Below, in pieces: positions 62,750 through 64,000 of a stretch of 64,000 nt of DNA; the first letter of the stretch is position 1, and each line of letters starts with the position of its first letter. A model generated the notes under the pieces. That model made no database searches and was not told the origin of the DNA. It saw nothing but the letters and a program-made list of their open reading frames with translations. The position numbers were made by a program, and so were the translations under genes. This DNA is from Lama glama (lineage: Eukaryota). The stretch is taken from positions 30,134,001 to 30,198,000 of the forward strand of contig CM052818.1 in assembly GCA_028534125.1 (NCBI GenBank), read 5' to 3'.

Positions 62750-64000
62750 AAAATTTTTTTTAAATAGAAATTAATAAACTTATTTTAAAATTTATATGGA
62801 AATGCAAACAATTCTGAAAAAGAGGAAAATTAAAGAATTTAAACTACCAGATTTCAAGACTTACTATAAGGATAGAATAAACAAGACAGTGTGATATTGG
62901 CATAAGGATAGACATAAATCAGTGGAAGAGAATAGAGTCCAGAAGTAGATTCATAAATTCAATGAGTAAAAGATATTCTTCCTAACCAATCATGATTGAA
63001 AAACTGGTATGCCTGTGAGGAAAAGATGAACCTCAACTCCTTATCTAACATCATAAACAAAAATTAGCTCAAAATGGATCAATGGCCTAAATGTAAAAGC
63101 TAAAACTATAAAACCTCTAGAAGAAAACTTAGTTGAAAATTTTTGTGACTCAGGATAACAATGATTTTGTAGACAGGACACAAATAGCATAAATCAGAGA
63201 GGAAAAAAATTAGTAAGTTGGACTTCATAAAAATGAAAATGTTTTGCTCTTCAAAAGATGCAAAAGAATAAAAAGCAAACCATTGTATTAATCATGTTTT
63301 CATTTTCTATATTTTATGATGTTTTGATATCTTGGGGCTTTGCTGGCCAGAAGAGACTGCCCCTACCAGGGCTAGCTAATTCCTAGGGAAAAAAAAAAAA
63401 AACTACCTATGAATGTGACTTTTATATATCTAAACCAACCGATTCAAAGACCCTATCCCCAATCACCAACTTTATTGAACTCTCGCACACCAAGCCAATA
63501 TTTCCCCTGCCCTAAATCTCTCCTGGGCCACCCTTATAGCTCAGAGTCTGCTGAAATTACTCAAACTATCCAATCTTAAAGTAGTTCAAACACGCCTACT
63601 CTGCCTCATCCATTCCTTCCTATGATAACCATTTAGAGGCTCCGGGCTAAGCTTTCTCCTTTTCTGCCTCCTGATCAACTCTGGTTCTTTCCTATGAGGC
63701 CCCAGGTGGCCCTGTGTGACACAGCAGGCCCTCCTCGGGAACTGTAAGTAATAAAACTTCTTTCACTGGCATTGACCTTTCCATTTTGTCACTCAGTTCT
63801 TTCGATAAATTAAATCCCAGGAACAATCAAAACCACCACAGATGATGAGAAACTAGTCACAATACATATATCTGACAAAAAAACTTGCATCTTGAATCTA
63901 TGAAAAACTCTTAAAAGTCAATAATGAAAAGACAACCCAATTTGTAGAATAGACAAAAGATTTGTCCAGACACTTCACAAAAGATTTATAAATGAACAAT
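62750..64000 (+). mobile_element. Ancient L1 ORF2 C-terminal region (interrupted by an LTR, runs off the window)
   Basis: ACTACCAGATTTCAAGACTTACTATAAG..AAGACAGTGTGATATTGGCATAAGGATAGACA; CTAAATGTAAAAGCTAAAACTATAAAACCTCTAGAAGAAAA. Confidence 0.85.
63284..63834 (+). mobile_element. ERVL solo LTR (MER74-like) inserted in L1
   Basis: Starts TGTATTAATCATGTTTT..; GACTGCCCCTACCAGGGCTAGCTAATTCCTAG; CTGCTGAAATTACTCAAACTATCCAATC; 5-bp TSD ACCAT/ACCAC. Confidence 0.75.

Noticed and set aside
57500..64000. NLRC4 exon 2 / CARD coding exon; BIRC6 exons at the left end of the window
   Set aside because: No sequence encoding MNFIK.. or BIRC6 was found; both presumably lie outside the window.

Overview
Mammalian genomic DNA, very probably a camelid (camel/alpaca), judged from three copies of a tRNA-derived SINE beginning GGGGAGGGTATAGCTCAAGTGGTAGAG and artiodactyl-type L1 3' ends. 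The only protein-coding gene I can support is YIPF4 on the minus strand. It has 6 coding exons (53488-53410, 41452-41299, 39654-39483, 37033-36956, 33552-33439, 29938-29801; 735 nt, 244 aa; all introns GT-AG) and a CpG-island promoter with three CCAAT boxes and two ETS sites. About 3.5 kb upstream and head-to-head, 57205-57476 resembles my recollection of the non-coding first exon of NLRC4, which fits the known NLRC4-YIPF4-BIRC6 synteny. Most of the rest is interspersed repeats (L1, L2, MIR, MaLR/ERVL/ERV1 LTRs, Tigger/Charlie/MER DNA transposons) and microsatellites; the other ORF-track entries appear spurious. I found no convincing new multi-gene system. The best leads are: (1) several atypical L1-mediated retro-insertions with readable TSDs, namely a U6-L1 chimera, a polyadenylated LTR R-region retrocopy, a 3'UTR-only mRNA retrocopy, a tailless inverted L1 5'-end and a SINE with an L1-derived tail; (2) a strong-Kozak uORF ahead of YIPF4; (3) a dense cluster of nested, mutually exclusive hairpins at about 20.4-20.9 kb; (4) a GAS+ISRE composite element near 930-960. 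Repeat family names are from memory of consensus sequences, and repeat boundaries without a TSD are approximate.
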